Source: Halobacteriovoraceae bacterium
GTDB taxonomy: Bacteria > Bdellovibrionota > Bacteriovoracia > Bacteriovoracales > Bacteriovoracaceae
Reading direction: 5' to 3'
NCBI GenBank assembly: GCA_963719505.1
Contig: CAVRCF010000005.1
Location: forward strand, 960,001 to 1,024,000
DNA length: 64,000 bases
Below are positions 20,441 through 29,498 of the stretch, one piece after another; the first letter of the stretch is position 1; each line of letters begins with the position of its first letter. The notes beneath the pieces are model-generated. The model had not been told where the DNA came from, searched no databases, and worked only from the letters and a program-made list of their open reading frames with translations. The position numbers and the translations under genes are program-made.

Positions 20441-21363
20441 TGAATAGAGACCAACAAACAGAAATTGATTACACTTATCCACGACACGGAATACTGAAGT
20501 GGACACTTGCTCTAGCGGTAGTTTTTTGTTTCACCCTCTTTAGCTATTTTCCTATAAGTTCAAAAGCTAAAAAAATGATTAAGGATCAAGTCACCTCTAT
20601 TCCTTCGTGCCCGATAAAGTATGATGAGTTAGAGTCTGAACTTTTTATGCCAAAGTTTATTATGACAAATGTCACTATTCCGGCAAGGTGCTTCAACCCA
20701 AGAAATTTTAGTGGACCTGCTATAAAACTAGAGAAAGTTATTCTTCATGCTAGAGGTCTCAGCTTTTCACCCTTTGGCCCCCATTTCTTGCTTGAAACAA
20801 AGCTTCAGGATAATCAAATTGAAGCCTACTTTACCGTGGGCCTCGGTGGCCTCTCTCTCAATATAAGAGAGAATGTCTTAGACACTTCAATCATTTCCTT
20901 GTTTGCTCCAGATATAAAAGTTATGGGGAAGATTAAAACTGATATGCTTGTTCAGATCTCAAACGATGGTGTTATAAAAGATTTGAAACTCAATATTAGA
21001 TCGAATGATTTAGTTGTTCCTCCCCAAAAGATTAAAAGCTTTGTTCTCCCTACTCTAAAGTTCAATGATTTACTTATTCAAGCCATTAGTGAAGATAAGA
21101 AACTTATCGTAAAGAATATTATCCTTGGAGACAATGACTCTCCAGTAAGGTCTAACTTCACAGGGCATATTAATATGTCTCCAGCAGGATTTATGAGGTC
21201 GACTCTTGATCTTAATGGAGAATTAAGACTTTCAGACGAACTTTTGAAAAACTATTCTTTTTTGAAAATTCCCCTCGCTCAATTTAATAAGAAAGATGAT
21301 TTTTATCAAATTAGTATAAAAGGTCCTATAACAAGTCCTTCAACAAGCTCCCCTTTACAATGA
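20440..21363 (+). CDS. gspN: GspN-like protein
   Basis: N-terminal TM ending YFP, beta-rich body; last gene of the gsp cluster. Confidence 0.6.
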   Translation: MNRDQQTEIDYTYPRHGILKWTLALAVVFCFTLFSYFPISSKAKKMIKDQVTSIPSCPIKYDELESELFMPKFIMTNVTIPARCFNPRNFSGPAIKLEKVILHARGLSFSPFGPHFLLETKLQDNQIEAYFTVGLGGLSLNIRENVLDTSIISLFAPDIKVMGKIKTDMLVQISNDGVIKDLKLNIRSNDLVVPPQKIKSFVLPTLKFNDLLIQAISEDKKLIVKNIILGDNDSPVRSNFTGHINMSPAGFMRSTLDLNGELRLSDELLKNYSFLKIPLAQFNKKDDFYQISIKGPITSPSTSSPLQ

Positions 21364-22250
21364 AAGACAGTCTCTACATCAGTGACAAACTCAAGGCCCA
21401 TCTTAATCTTTTTAAAATTAGTCATTCTTTTCACGGGATCTTAGAATATGCTCTCTTTCCTGCCGGAAAGTTATTTCGCTCTAAGCTCATTTATGCTTTA
21501 GCTTCCGATCTAAACTCTCACTCTCCAGATCACGAATATTTTGCAAGCGCTGTGGAGATGCATCACACTTATACACTTATTCACGATGATCTCCCTGCGA
21601 TGGATGACGATGACTATCGCAGAGGCCGCCTCTCTACCCACAAGAAGTTTGGCCAGGCAAATGCGATCTTAGCAGGAGATGCTCTTTTGGGGATGTCTTA
21701 TGGCCTCTTATCAAATATAAAAGGCCCTATTCTTTCGGAGCTCTTAGAACTTTTTCACCTTAAAACTGGGCAGCAAGGACTGATACTGGGCCAAGTATTA
21801 GACTTAGAGGGCTCAACAAAAAGTCTTGAAGATATTATTACTATTCATAAGTTAAAGACGGCTAGACTCATTCAACTCTCATTAAGCGGCGCGAATCTCC
21901 TCAGTAAAAAGTCTGCTCATAAAGAACAGCTGGAAGCATTTGGTGAATCTTTGGGAATCACCTTCCAACTTTTAGACGATTTATGTGAATTGGCCGCACC
22001 TCTTTCACCTCACGAGTCTGAGATTAATCCTTTTGTTCTTTTTGGACAAGAAGTTGTGTTTGATAAACTTAAAGAAAATATGAAAGTTATTCAGTTGTAT
22101 TTAAAAAATAATAACCTTCAAAATCTTGAGTCTGTTATTGAGAAATATTATGAGAAGATTAAAAGTCTTTTAGTCGATGGCCAAAACAGTATATTGAAAT
22201 CTATTAAGCTTGAACATCTCAATGAAATCTTAAGCCTTACCAGTTTCTAG
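21360..22250 (+). CDS. ispA: Polyprenyl (farnesyl) diphosphate synthase
   Basis: GKLFR, LIHDDLPAMDDDDYRRG, GQVLD, KTA and FQLLDD motifs. Confidence 0.92.
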   Translation: MKDSLYISDKLKAHLNLFKISHSFHGILEYALFPAGKLFRSKLIYALASDLNSHSPDHEYFASAVEMHHTYTLIHDDLPAMDDDDYRRGRLSTHKKFGQANAILAGDALLGMSYGLLSNIKGPILSELLELFHLKTGQQGLILGQVLDLEGSTKSLEDIITIHKLKTARLIQLSLSGANLLSKKSAHKEQLEAFGESLGITFQLLDDLCELAAPLSPHESEINPFVLFGQEVVFDKLKENMKVIQLYLKNNNLQNLESVIEKYYEKIKSLLVDGQNSILKSIKLEHLNEILSLTSF

Positions 22251-22743
22251 AATCTACAATTTGATCAATCCTACCCAGTACATGTGATAATTTTTTCTTC
22301 GCTGTCACTAGATTTAGAATATCTTTGTCACTTAGGTTAGAAGTTTTGAATTTCTCTTGAGAGCTATCTAAAGAGAGCGTTTGTTCAGATTGGTTGGGCT
22401 TTGTGTGAGAGACAATAATATTTTCCAATGCGGCTTTTAAATCTTGCGACTGATCGGCCAATGGAGTGACCGCGTCCAAATCAATTTTATCTACCGATTT
22501 TTCTAATTCAAATTTTGCCTCGGGAATTGACATTTTTTCGTTGAATAGTAGGTTTTTAATTTTTTCAATTAATTCAATATCACTTTGAGTATAGCTTTTT
22601 GAGCCATCTTCAAGGTACTTTGGATTAATTCCTTCGAATTCAGTTTCCCAAAATCTCAAAACATACGGCTTTACACTTGTGATTGAAGTCACTTCGTTAA
22701 ATTTATATGAGTCTTTTTTTGGAATACCGATATCAAAGTTCAT
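22237..22743 (-). CDS. MerR-family HTH regulator (ihfA-associated type)
   Basis: YKFNEV...VKPYVLRFWETEF; follows ihfA. Confidence 0.85.
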   Translation of the reverse strand: MNFDIGIPKKDSYKFNEVTSITSVKPYVLRFWETEFEGINPKYLEDGSKSYTQSDIELIEKIKNLLFNEKMSIPEAKFELEKSVDKIDLDAVTPLADQSQDLKAALENIIVSHTKPNQSEQTLSLDSSQEKFKTSNLSDKDILNLVTAKKKLSHVLGRIDQIVDSRNW

Positions 22744-22759
22744 AAAATATCCTTTGTTT

Positions 22760-23161
22760 TTAGAGGTCTTCTTCAGGAAGATCAACACTTCCAATAAAAG
22801 AACTTAATGCACGAGGCTTAGTATCTTTAGGAGCCTGAGTTTTGTCCTCTTTACCTTTATCATCGAGCCTATGCTGAAACCTATCAGTTATATCTTCTTT
22901 AAGAATTTGAGAGGGTTTAAACGTCAATACACGCCTTGCTGATATGTTCATCGCGTCCCCAGTTTGAGGGTTTCGACCAACTCTTGTCGCTTTATCTCTT
23001 ATGGAGAAATTTCCAAATCCAGAAATTTTTACTTTCTCACCACGAGCCAGGGTGTCTTTGATAACTTTAAAAACAAGATCAACAAGATCACTAGCTTCCT
23101 TTTTAGAAAACCCAGCTTCCTTGTAGACTCGTTCAACGATATCTGCTTTTGTAACGCTCAT
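22760..23161 (-). CDS. ihfA: Integration host factor subunit alpha with C-terminal extension
   Basis: VTKADI, VKISGFGNFSIRDK, GRNPQTG and ARRVLTFKPS motifs. Confidence 0.92.
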   Translation of the reverse strand: MSVTKADIVERVYKEAGFSKKEASDLVDLVFKVIKDTLARGEKVKISGFGNFSIRDKATRVGRNPQTGDAMNISARRVLTFKPSQILKEDITDRFQHRLDDKGKEDKTQAPKDTKPRALSSFIGSVDLPEEDL

Positions 23162-23230
23162 TTCAATCCTCCATGATTAGGCGTAATATAACCTTATAAT
23201 AATAGGTTAGCAGACATATTAATTTCGTGC

Positions 23231-23270
23231 AAAAAAAAACTCCCGATTTTCAATAAAAAATCGGGAGTTT
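23231..23270 (-). terminator. Rho-independent terminator downstream of rplT
   Basis: AAACTCCCGATTTT/AAAATCGGGAGTTT stem followed by a T run on the minus strand. Confidence 0.85.
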
Positions 23271-23296
23271 ACGTATCTTTTTAATTTATACTATAC

Positions 23297-23641
23297 TTAT
23301 TTGATCGAGTTAAACACGGCTTTGAATCCGTCCATATCTCTTGCAGCTAATTCAGAAAGCATCTTTCTGTTTATCTGAATATCACTCTTCTTAAGAGCAT
23401 TCATAAACTTCGAGTATGACATACCTAATGACTTAGATGCAGCGTTAATACGAACAATCCAAAGTCTTCTCATATCTCTTTTAAGAAGCCTTCTTCCTTT
23501 ATACATATTGTGAAGAGCACGCTTAACAGTTTCAACTGTATGCTTATACTTAGTTCTTCTGTCGAAGTGGTATCCCTTCGCTAATTTAAAAATCTTGTTT
23601 CTTCTTCTTCTTGCTTTAAAACCACGTTTTACTCTAGCCAT
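23297..23641 (-). CDS. rplT: 50S ribosomal protein L20
   Basis: MARVKRG, RRLWIVRINAA and INRKMLSELA motifs. Confidence 0.98.
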   Translation of the reverse strand: MARVKRGFKARRRRNKIFKLAKGYHFDRRTKYKHTVETVKRALHNMYKGRRLLKRDMRRLWIVRINAASKSLGMSYSKFMNALKKSDIQINRKMLSELAARDMDGFKAVFNSIK

Positions 23642-23716
23642 CTTGTTCTCCTGATGAACGGTAGGAGGGAAAAATATCCACTTAGGTCCCTACAATTATA
23701 CAATTATTATTTTATT

Positions 23717-23917
23717 TTACGCTAAATATGGGGCACATTTTAACATGTTCTGCCCATCTGTAGAGTTTAAATATCCTGCTTTTCTAGCATTTCTTTTATT
23801 CTTTTGTTTTTTCTTCGTAAGGATGTGGCGAAGGTTAGCCTTCTTAATCTTTACTTTTCCACTTGCTGTAACACTAATTCTTTTCGCAACAGCTCTTCTT
23901 GTCTTCATTTTTGGCAT
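23717..23917 (-). CDS. rpmI: 50S ribosomal protein L35
   Basis: MPKMKTRRAVAKR...HILTKK; adjacent to rplT. Confidence 0.97.
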   Translation of the reverse strand: MPKMKTRRAVAKRISVTASGKVKIKKANLRHILTKKKQKNKRNARKAGYLNSTDGQNMLKCAPYLA

Positions 23918-24172
23918 ATATTACTCCTGAAACATTATCTATATTCTTAAATACACAAATTTTTGAATGATATAACTATCACGCTGTTTCCAAATGTAAA
24001 AGTCTTTTTTAACAATAATGGGGCAAAATCCACAGGTTTTACTGAGGTGCGAAGAAAAAACATGCAAAAAGATAAAACTCACCACAACTCTATGCACAAC
24101 AACATTCGACTCTCACTCGCCTATGGCCAGCCCTAATGAGCTCCCTTTCTGGGAAGCAAGGAACATCAATCC

Positions 24173-24508
24173 CTACATAGATTTAGGAAATTTAACGACG
24201 AGTTCATCGTTTAAGAACTTTGATTTAATATCTTGGGGATTAATACTTTTTGGAAGAACAAAAGTTCTCTGGAAAGAGTTAAAGTTGGGCTCGGGATCAT
24301 TTATAATCTTAGTCCTTTCACCTCTAATCGTAAGTGTATTATCGACTAATTTTAGTTCAACCTCTCGAGAGCAAAACTGAGGAAGAATAGCTTTAATAAC
24401 AAACTCACTTTCGTTGAAGATCTCAAAAGATGGGACGACCGGAACTCCCTTCACAGCAAGATGCGAATTCCTATAAACTTCCCACGATTTATCACTAACT
24501 TTATTCAT
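24173..24508 (-). CDS. Small heat-shock protein (Hsp20/alpha-crystallin), short N-terminus
   Basis: LTIRGER, SFQRTFVLP and LVVKFPK motifs; AGGAGG SD before ATG 24508. Confidence 0.8.
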   Translation of the reverse strand: MNKVSDKSWEVYRNSHLAVKGVPVVPSFEIFNESEFVIKAILPQFCSREVELKLVDNTLTIRGERTKIINDPEPNFNSFQRTFVLPKSINPQDIKSKFLNDELVVKFPKSM

Positions 24509-24590
24509 AACTCTCCTCCTAAGACTTTCCTTATTTTCCCAGAGAATTAGAGTTTTACATAATGAATAAATGTTCAATGATCGCCCAAGA

Positions 24591-24612
24591 AATGTGTAGA
24601 TTGCTACACATT
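24591..24612. promoter_or_regulatory. Perfect inverted repeat AATGTGTAG-N4-CTACACATT upstream of hsp20
   Basis: 9-bp perfect arms; second CTACACATT half-site at 24748-24756. Confidence 0.5.
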
Positions 24613-24840
24613 AGCTTAAAGAAAATTGGTTTAATTTTTATGAATAACTGAAAGCTAATGTATTGAAAAGTGGTTTAACCTATATAAAATTAGCATCTTA
24701 GAGTAAAAAACGATGTGGATAACTTAAATTTATTTGTTCATAAGGTTCTACACATTTCAAAGCATGAAACGAGACTGTCAAGAACTCTCTTAAAAAATTA
24801 TAAGCTTATTTTGTCTTAAGGAATTAATGGCTTGGGTGAG

Positions 24841-25395
24841 TTATTTCTTCTTGCTTGGCGCAATCATGCTAATCGCACGGTTCCCCATCATCTTTAATGG
24901 TGACTCGATTACACAATCTGTCTCTTCTACAACTCCAGCAATGATTTCTCTAAATTTATCGAGACCAATATGTTTATGGGCCATTTCACGACCACGAAAT
25001 TGCATAAGCATTTTGACCTTATCTCCGTTACCTAAAAATTTATAAACGTTTTTAAGTTTCACTTCTAAATCATGAGAATCGATTGCGGGTCTAAACTTAA
25101 CTTCTTTTACCTGAATTACAACTTGTTTCTTCTTGGCTTCAGAGGCTTTCTTTTGCTGTTGATACTTGAACTTACCATAATCAATAAGCTTAACAACCGG
25201 TGGCTTAGCATTAGGAGAAACTTCAACTAGATCGAGACCTAGTTCATTAGCTATCTCTGTTGCACGACTAAGAGAAACGACTCCATATTGGTGAGCATCA
25301 TCACCTATCAGACGCATTTCAGGGAGTCTGATTTGTTCGTTAACTTTCGGTCCTTGTTGTTTAGGACTTCTTCCTCTGTTGTTGTTACCAGCTAT
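24841..25395 (-). CDS. infC: Translation initiation factor IF-3, probable non-canonical ATA start
   Basis: VNEQIR, LDLVEVSPNAKPPVVKLIDYGKFKY and FRGRE motifs; GGAGGT SD 5 nt before in-frame ATA at 25395. Confidence 0.95.
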   Translation of the reverse strand: MAGNNNRGRSPKQQGPKVNEQIRLPEMRLIGDDAHQYGVVSLSRATEIANELGLDLVEVSPNAKPPVVKLIDYGKFKYQQQKKASEAKKKQVVIQVKEVKFRPAIDSHDLEVKLKNVYKFLGNGDKVKMLMQFRGREMAHKHIGLDKFREIIAGVVEETDCVIESPLKMMGNRAISMIAPSKKK

Positions 25396-25537
25396 GGGAT
25401 ACCTCCGGGTATTCATTAATATTAATTTTTGGCTTGGTATAAATACCATTAACTACTTAAATTACCAAATATATTGTACTCAAATTTAGGCACTTAGGAT
25501 AGCATAATTACGCACTTTAACGCTATGAATCACAACC

Positions 25538-25942
25538 TTAAAATTGAACGATAATTTGGGAGACCGAATCATCAATCCTCAACTTCCAGGCCTGGCTCTC
25601 TTTGGGTACGATCAATAGGAGTGAGGTAAATAACTCGTTCCAATCCTCACCTGCCGCAATAGTATGCTCTGTAAAGTTCGACTCTGTGTAGTCTCGATAC
25701 GAGAGCTTCTCGAAGATACTTTGCTCGAAACCCGTAATAAGTCTGCCAATCAGAACCGATTTTTGTGCAAAGCCATGAACTCTTGGGTTATCTCGAAACT
25801 CTAAAATAATATCGCTAGAGTCAAAATCGAGCTTTGCTGAGTCTATAATAAGAGGATCAATTCTCGCTAAAGCTTTCGCTATATCAAGGTCAGAAACCCT
25901 CTGTTCGACAAAGAGAAATCTTTGGTTTCCTAAAAATTCCAT
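25538..25942 (-). CDS. Hypothetical protein coupled to plsB
   Basis: 134-aa ORF whose ATG overlaps the plsB stop codon. Confidence 0.65.
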   Translation of the reverse strand: MEFLGNQRFLFVEQRVSDLDIAKALARIDPLIIDSAKLDFDSSDIILEFRDNPRVHGFAQKSVLIGRLITGFEQSIFEKLSYRDYTESNFTEHTIAAGEDWNELFTSLLLIVPKESQAWKLRIDDSVSQIIVQF

Positions 25943-27708
25943 TATAGGTCGTCCTGGCTAAATTTTAAATTGATGGCGATTTGATCGTTGATATCTTTGG
26001 CGAACTTCTCAATAGAGTGGTTTACCTTTCCAATATCCAACACTTCATACAAACCTTTTTCTTTGTCTAGAGAAATAACATTTGATTTCTCAAAATAAAG
26101 AAGAGTTGTTTTTAATTTCGGAACCGTATAACTTTCAGGATACTGAACAACTCTTCCGTGTTCCTTTTCCATATTGAATAGCTCTTTTGATACTTGTAGG
26201 AATTCTTCTTCCGTAAAAGAATTTGAAGCCAAATACTTTATCGTAATAGCGCTTATATAATAAGCTTCATAAATATAGCTGAAAGCTGTTGAGAAACGCC
26301 TCACAGAACTGGCCACTTTGTATAATTTTTCACTTGGAAAAGCTAGAGCTTCATCCAGTCGATCAATCTTACTGCCTACCGCGAACTCAACCACTTTTAA
26401 AGCTTCTGATATCATCTCTTTTGTTGTGGGGAGATAAAATTCATATTTTAGTTCTTTTCTTTTTTTCAATAGGTACTTTGTTAATCCATATTTGTTTTTA
26501 ATATTCCCATTAAAAATATTAAACCAAGTGGCATTGATAACACCTGCGACAAGGAAGTGATGGAGAATCATATTTTTGTGATAAAGAAGGTGACTTCGAC
26601 TCTCATCATTTAATGTATAAAAAATTTGATTGAGCTTTTTCTTTTGGATTACTTCAACTTTTTTATTATTGATAAACATATCCATAGCACTTTTTAAAAC
26701 CTGAGAATACTCTTTCTCACTTAGAGACTCCGTCACAGGAATTTTCATATATTCACAATAGTTGAGAATATCAACAGCGCCATTTTCAATTTGCTTCCAC
26801 GTCAATGCGCCCGCTGGGTGATCAAGAAGAATCATGGCCAAAAGAGAGGAAGGTGTTACCGGCATCCCTTTACCAACAGCACGAAAGCACTTAAAAGCGA
26901 GGTCTTGCGTATCAGTTTTTAGGTCTTTGATATCATCGACAACAATACCTTCTCCAAAATTAACATGGACTGTTCCCATTTTTTTGTTAAAAAGTTTGAA
27001 AACTTTAAAGAGCTGAGTAGAGTTTTCTTTCTGCTTCTTTTTTCCCGCAAGTTCCTTAACATGTGCCTTCTCTTCTGGGATCATCTCGTGGGCAATTGAC
27101 ACGGGAATAAACATCAAAGGCTTCTTGTCGTCAAACTTAGTATGGGCGTCTAGCAACATGCTAAAAAGCCCATATTTTGGAGGAAGTAATTTACCCGTTC
27201 TCGTTCTTCCTCCTTCGAAGAAGAACTCCACAACTTTGTTCGATTTTAAAAGAAAGTATATATAGCCCTGAAAGGCTATTTTATAACAATGATCATCAAA
27301 CTTTCTTCTTATAAAGAAGGCTCCACATCTTTTAAAGAGATCCCCAAGAGGAAAAATATTGAGGTTGATTCCAGCTGCAATATAGACGGGAATTTTATCA
27401 TGTTTATAAAGAATGTATTGAAGAGCAATATAATCAGCGTGAGATTGGTGGTTAGGAACAAGCACGACATGATAGTCTTTTTGCTTTTCGCGAATATCAA
27501 AATTCTCAGGAAGATTGAGATTAACTCCGTCGTAGAGTTTTAAAAAAGTCTTATCCAAAAAAGATGCGGTTGCACCAACGACGCCCGTTCGATAATCACC
27601 CTTGATCTCATCGACCATTTTTAAAATTTTGTCTTTATCTTCTGGGTTTGTCTCGAGATGACGACGTACTTTTTCATACGAGAGAACCACTTCATATACT
27701 TCGTTCAA
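25942..27708 (-). CDS. plsB: Glycerol-3-phosphate O-acyltransferase (PlsB/GPAT family)
   Basis: PNHQSHAD (HX4D), GAFFIRR, FFFEGGRTRTGK and IPVSI blocks. Confidence 0.88.
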   Translation of the reverse strand: MNEVYEVVLSYEKVRRHLETNPEDKDKILKMVDEIKGDYRTGVVGATASFLDKTFLKLYDGVNLNLPENFDIREKQKDYHVVLVPNHQSHADYIALQYILYKHDKIPVYIAAGINLNIFPLGDLFKRCGAFFIRRKFDDHCYKIAFQGYIYFLLKSNKVVEFFFEGGRTRTGKLLPPKYGLFSMLLDAHTKFDDKKPLMFIPVSIAHEMIPEEKAHVKELAGKKKQKENSTQLFKVFKLFNKKMGTVHVNFGEGIVVDDIKDLKTDTQDLAFKCFRAVGKGMPVTPSSLLAMILLDHPAGALTWKQIENGAVDILNYCEYMKIPVTESLSEKEYSQVLKSAMDMFINNKKVEVIQKKKLNQIFYTLNDESRSHLLYHKNMILHHFLVAGVINATWFNIFNGNIKNKYGLTKYLLKKRKELKYEFYLPTTKEMISEALKVVEFAVGSKIDRLDEALAFPSEKLYKVASSVRRFSTAFSYIYEAYYISAITIKYLASNSFTEEEFLQVSKELFNMEKEHGRVVQYPESYTVPKLKTTLLYFEKSNVISLDKEKGLYEVLDIGKVNHSIEKFAKDINDQIAINLKFSQDDL

Positions 27709-27723
27709 AAGAATAACCTCTTC

Positions 27724-28782
27724 TTATTTCATTCCGTGAGGTCTTGATTCTACCATACCCGATGTAGACATTTCCATAAAAAGGGCATTTTTGTTTATTT
27801 CAATAAGTTCCTGAGCATTGAGGTAAGTCATTCCAGAGCGAACTCCACCCGCTAATTCATGAACAACATCAATAACCGATCCTTTGCAGGGAATCATTCT
27901 CGACTCACCTTCTGGAGCCATTCCTTTTTGCATATTTCCTCTCCAGGAAACCTGTGCATCTTTAGAAGCCATTCCGCGATATTTCTTCATACCGCCAACC
28001 ACTTCACCAGGAGATTCAAGTGTTCCCGCAAGCATAGACCCAAGCATCACCGACTCCGCCCCCGCAGCAAAAGCCTTAACAATATCACCGCTTGTTTTTA
28101 TTCCGCCGTCTGCAATGACGGGAATATTGTGTTTACGAGCTTCAGCCACACATAAAGCGACAGCTGATAGTTGTGGCACTCCACAGCCTGTGATGATTCT
28201 TGTGGTACACATGGAACCTGGACCGATTCCAACTTTTATACTGTCTGCCCCTGCATCAATCATGCGCTTCACACCATCGGGCATGGCCACATTTCCAGCG
28301 ATAACGTCAACATGAGGATGTGTCTTTTTAAGATAGCTTAAAACCTCAAGCATCATCACGCTATCCCCATGAGCAATATCGAGAGTTAAAATCTCAACTC
28401 CTGCATCAACAAGAGCATCTGCTCTTCTCATGCCCTCTTCTTTAACACCGACACTAGCCGCAGCAATCAGACCTTTAATTTCAGCTTTCATACGAATAAT
28501 ATTTTTAATTTCTTTGGCTTGATCTTCTATTGAGAGGAACCTGTGAAGTGAGCCCATAGCTCCAATTTTCCCCATGGCAATGGCCATGGCTTCTTCCGTA
28601 ACGGTATCCATATTTGCTGCTATGAATGGAATGTCACATGAGAAGTTCTTGGTGATTCTTGATCTCAGCGAGGGAATAGTTCTTGAAGTAATCTCACAGT
28701 GACGAGGCATTAAAAGCACGTCGTCATAAGTTAAGCCCTTGTTGCGCTCTAATATCTCATTCGCATTAAACATAAGTCCCAT
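27724..28782 (-). CDS. guaB: IMP dehydrogenase/GMP reductase family protein without CBS domains
   Basis: ANMDTV, DIAHG, GIGPGSMCTTR, ADGGI, YRGMAS and PEG motifs; 352 aa. Confidence 0.8.
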   Translation of the reverse strand: MGLMFNANEILERNKGLTYDDVLLMPRHCEITSRTIPSLRSRITKNFSCDIPFIAANMDTVTEEAMAIAMGKIGAMGSLHRFLSIEDQAKEIKNIIRMKAEIKGLIAAASVGVKEEGMRRADALVDAGVEILTLDIAHGDSVMMLEVLSYLKKTHPHVDVIAGNVAMPDGVKRMIDAGADSIKVGIGPGSMCTTRIITGCGVPQLSAVALCVAEARKHNIPVIADGGIKTSGDIVKAFAAGAESVMLGSMLAGTLESPGEVVGGMKKYRGMASKDAQVSWRGNMQKGMAPEGESRMIPCKGSVIDVVHELAGGVRSGMTYLNAQELIEINKNALFMEMSTSGMVESRPHGMK

Positions 28783-28859
28783 GAATTCTCCCGTTAACGT
28801 TAAATAGATGTGTTATGAGTAGTCTACCGGTTTTTAAAAGAGCTCGTAAAGAAGATATA

Positions 28860-29498
28860 TCAATCGACTTGATGTTTCTCTTTCAATTCACTAATCTGGA
28901 GGTCAAGCCAAGCTTGAACCGTTTTAGAGATTTTATTGAATTCATATTCAAGGCTTTGAAGTTCTATATTATATTTTTCGCGTTTCGTTATTGGTAAAGC
29001 TTTTATTCCTTTTTCAGACTTTAAACCTTCAATAATCCCTTGAGAAAATTCAATGGCTTTTTCATTAAAGTCCTTAATTTTTCCAATGTATCCACCGTAA
29101 GTGAACTCAAAACCGTGAAACCTTTTAGTCGAATTTTCTAAGGCGAGATTATTGAGTTTCAAATGATTAAGCGCAAAGCGCACGTCATTTTCAACACCTT
29201 CATAATTTTTGTTATTTTTCTTATCTTCATCCACAAAGGTAAAGGCACTTTTCATTCCCAAGCTCGTTCCCGTCAAGCTTACATTCTGGAGGTACTGCAC
29301 AAAGTTTTCTTCAAAGCATTTAAAATAATAGGAATTCTGTGCTTGGGGACATTTCTCTTTAACTATTTCATAGGTCAACGAGTCTTTATTATCGAAATAG
29401 AAATGAAGGTCCATTCGATTTTGAGAGTAGAAAAAAATCATAATAAGGAGGCCCAGAGTTACAAAGCCCAAGAATATCCACTTTAAAAGCCTAAGCAT
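28860..29498 (-). CDS. Hypothetical membrane-anchored protein
   Basis: N-terminal hydrophobic anchor; overlaps the end of gshA. Confidence 0.65.
   Translation of the reverse strand: MLRLLKWIFLGFVTLGLLIMIFFYSQNRMDLHFYFDNKDSLTYEIVKEKCPQAQNSYYFKCFEENFVQYLQNVSLTGTSLGMKSAFTFVDEDKKNNKNYEGVENDVRFALNHLKLNNLALENSTKRFHGFEFTYGGYIGKIKDFNEKAIEFSQGIIEGLKSEKGIKALPITKREKYNIELQSLEYEFNKISKTVQAWLDLQISELKEKHQVD

Noticed and set aside
24020-24060. GGGCAAAATCCACAGGTTTTAC resembling part of a c-di-GMP-I riboswitch
   Set aside because: The GAAA tetraloop stem and closing P1 are missing, and it is antisense to the flanking genes
24090-24172. Relatively GC-rich stretch with imperfect hairpin (24140-24157) as an ncRNA
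   Set aside because: No recognisable family or extended structure; may just be an hsp20 3' end element
24714-24722. oriC suggested by a perfect DnaA box
   Set aside because: Single intergenic box, no cluster and no dnaA/dnaN/gidA context
28800-28860. TCTACC...CGTAAA resembling a purine riboswitch next to the guaB-like gene
   Set aside because: It lies on the wrong strand for guaB and lacks the TATAAT...ATATGG half and paired stems
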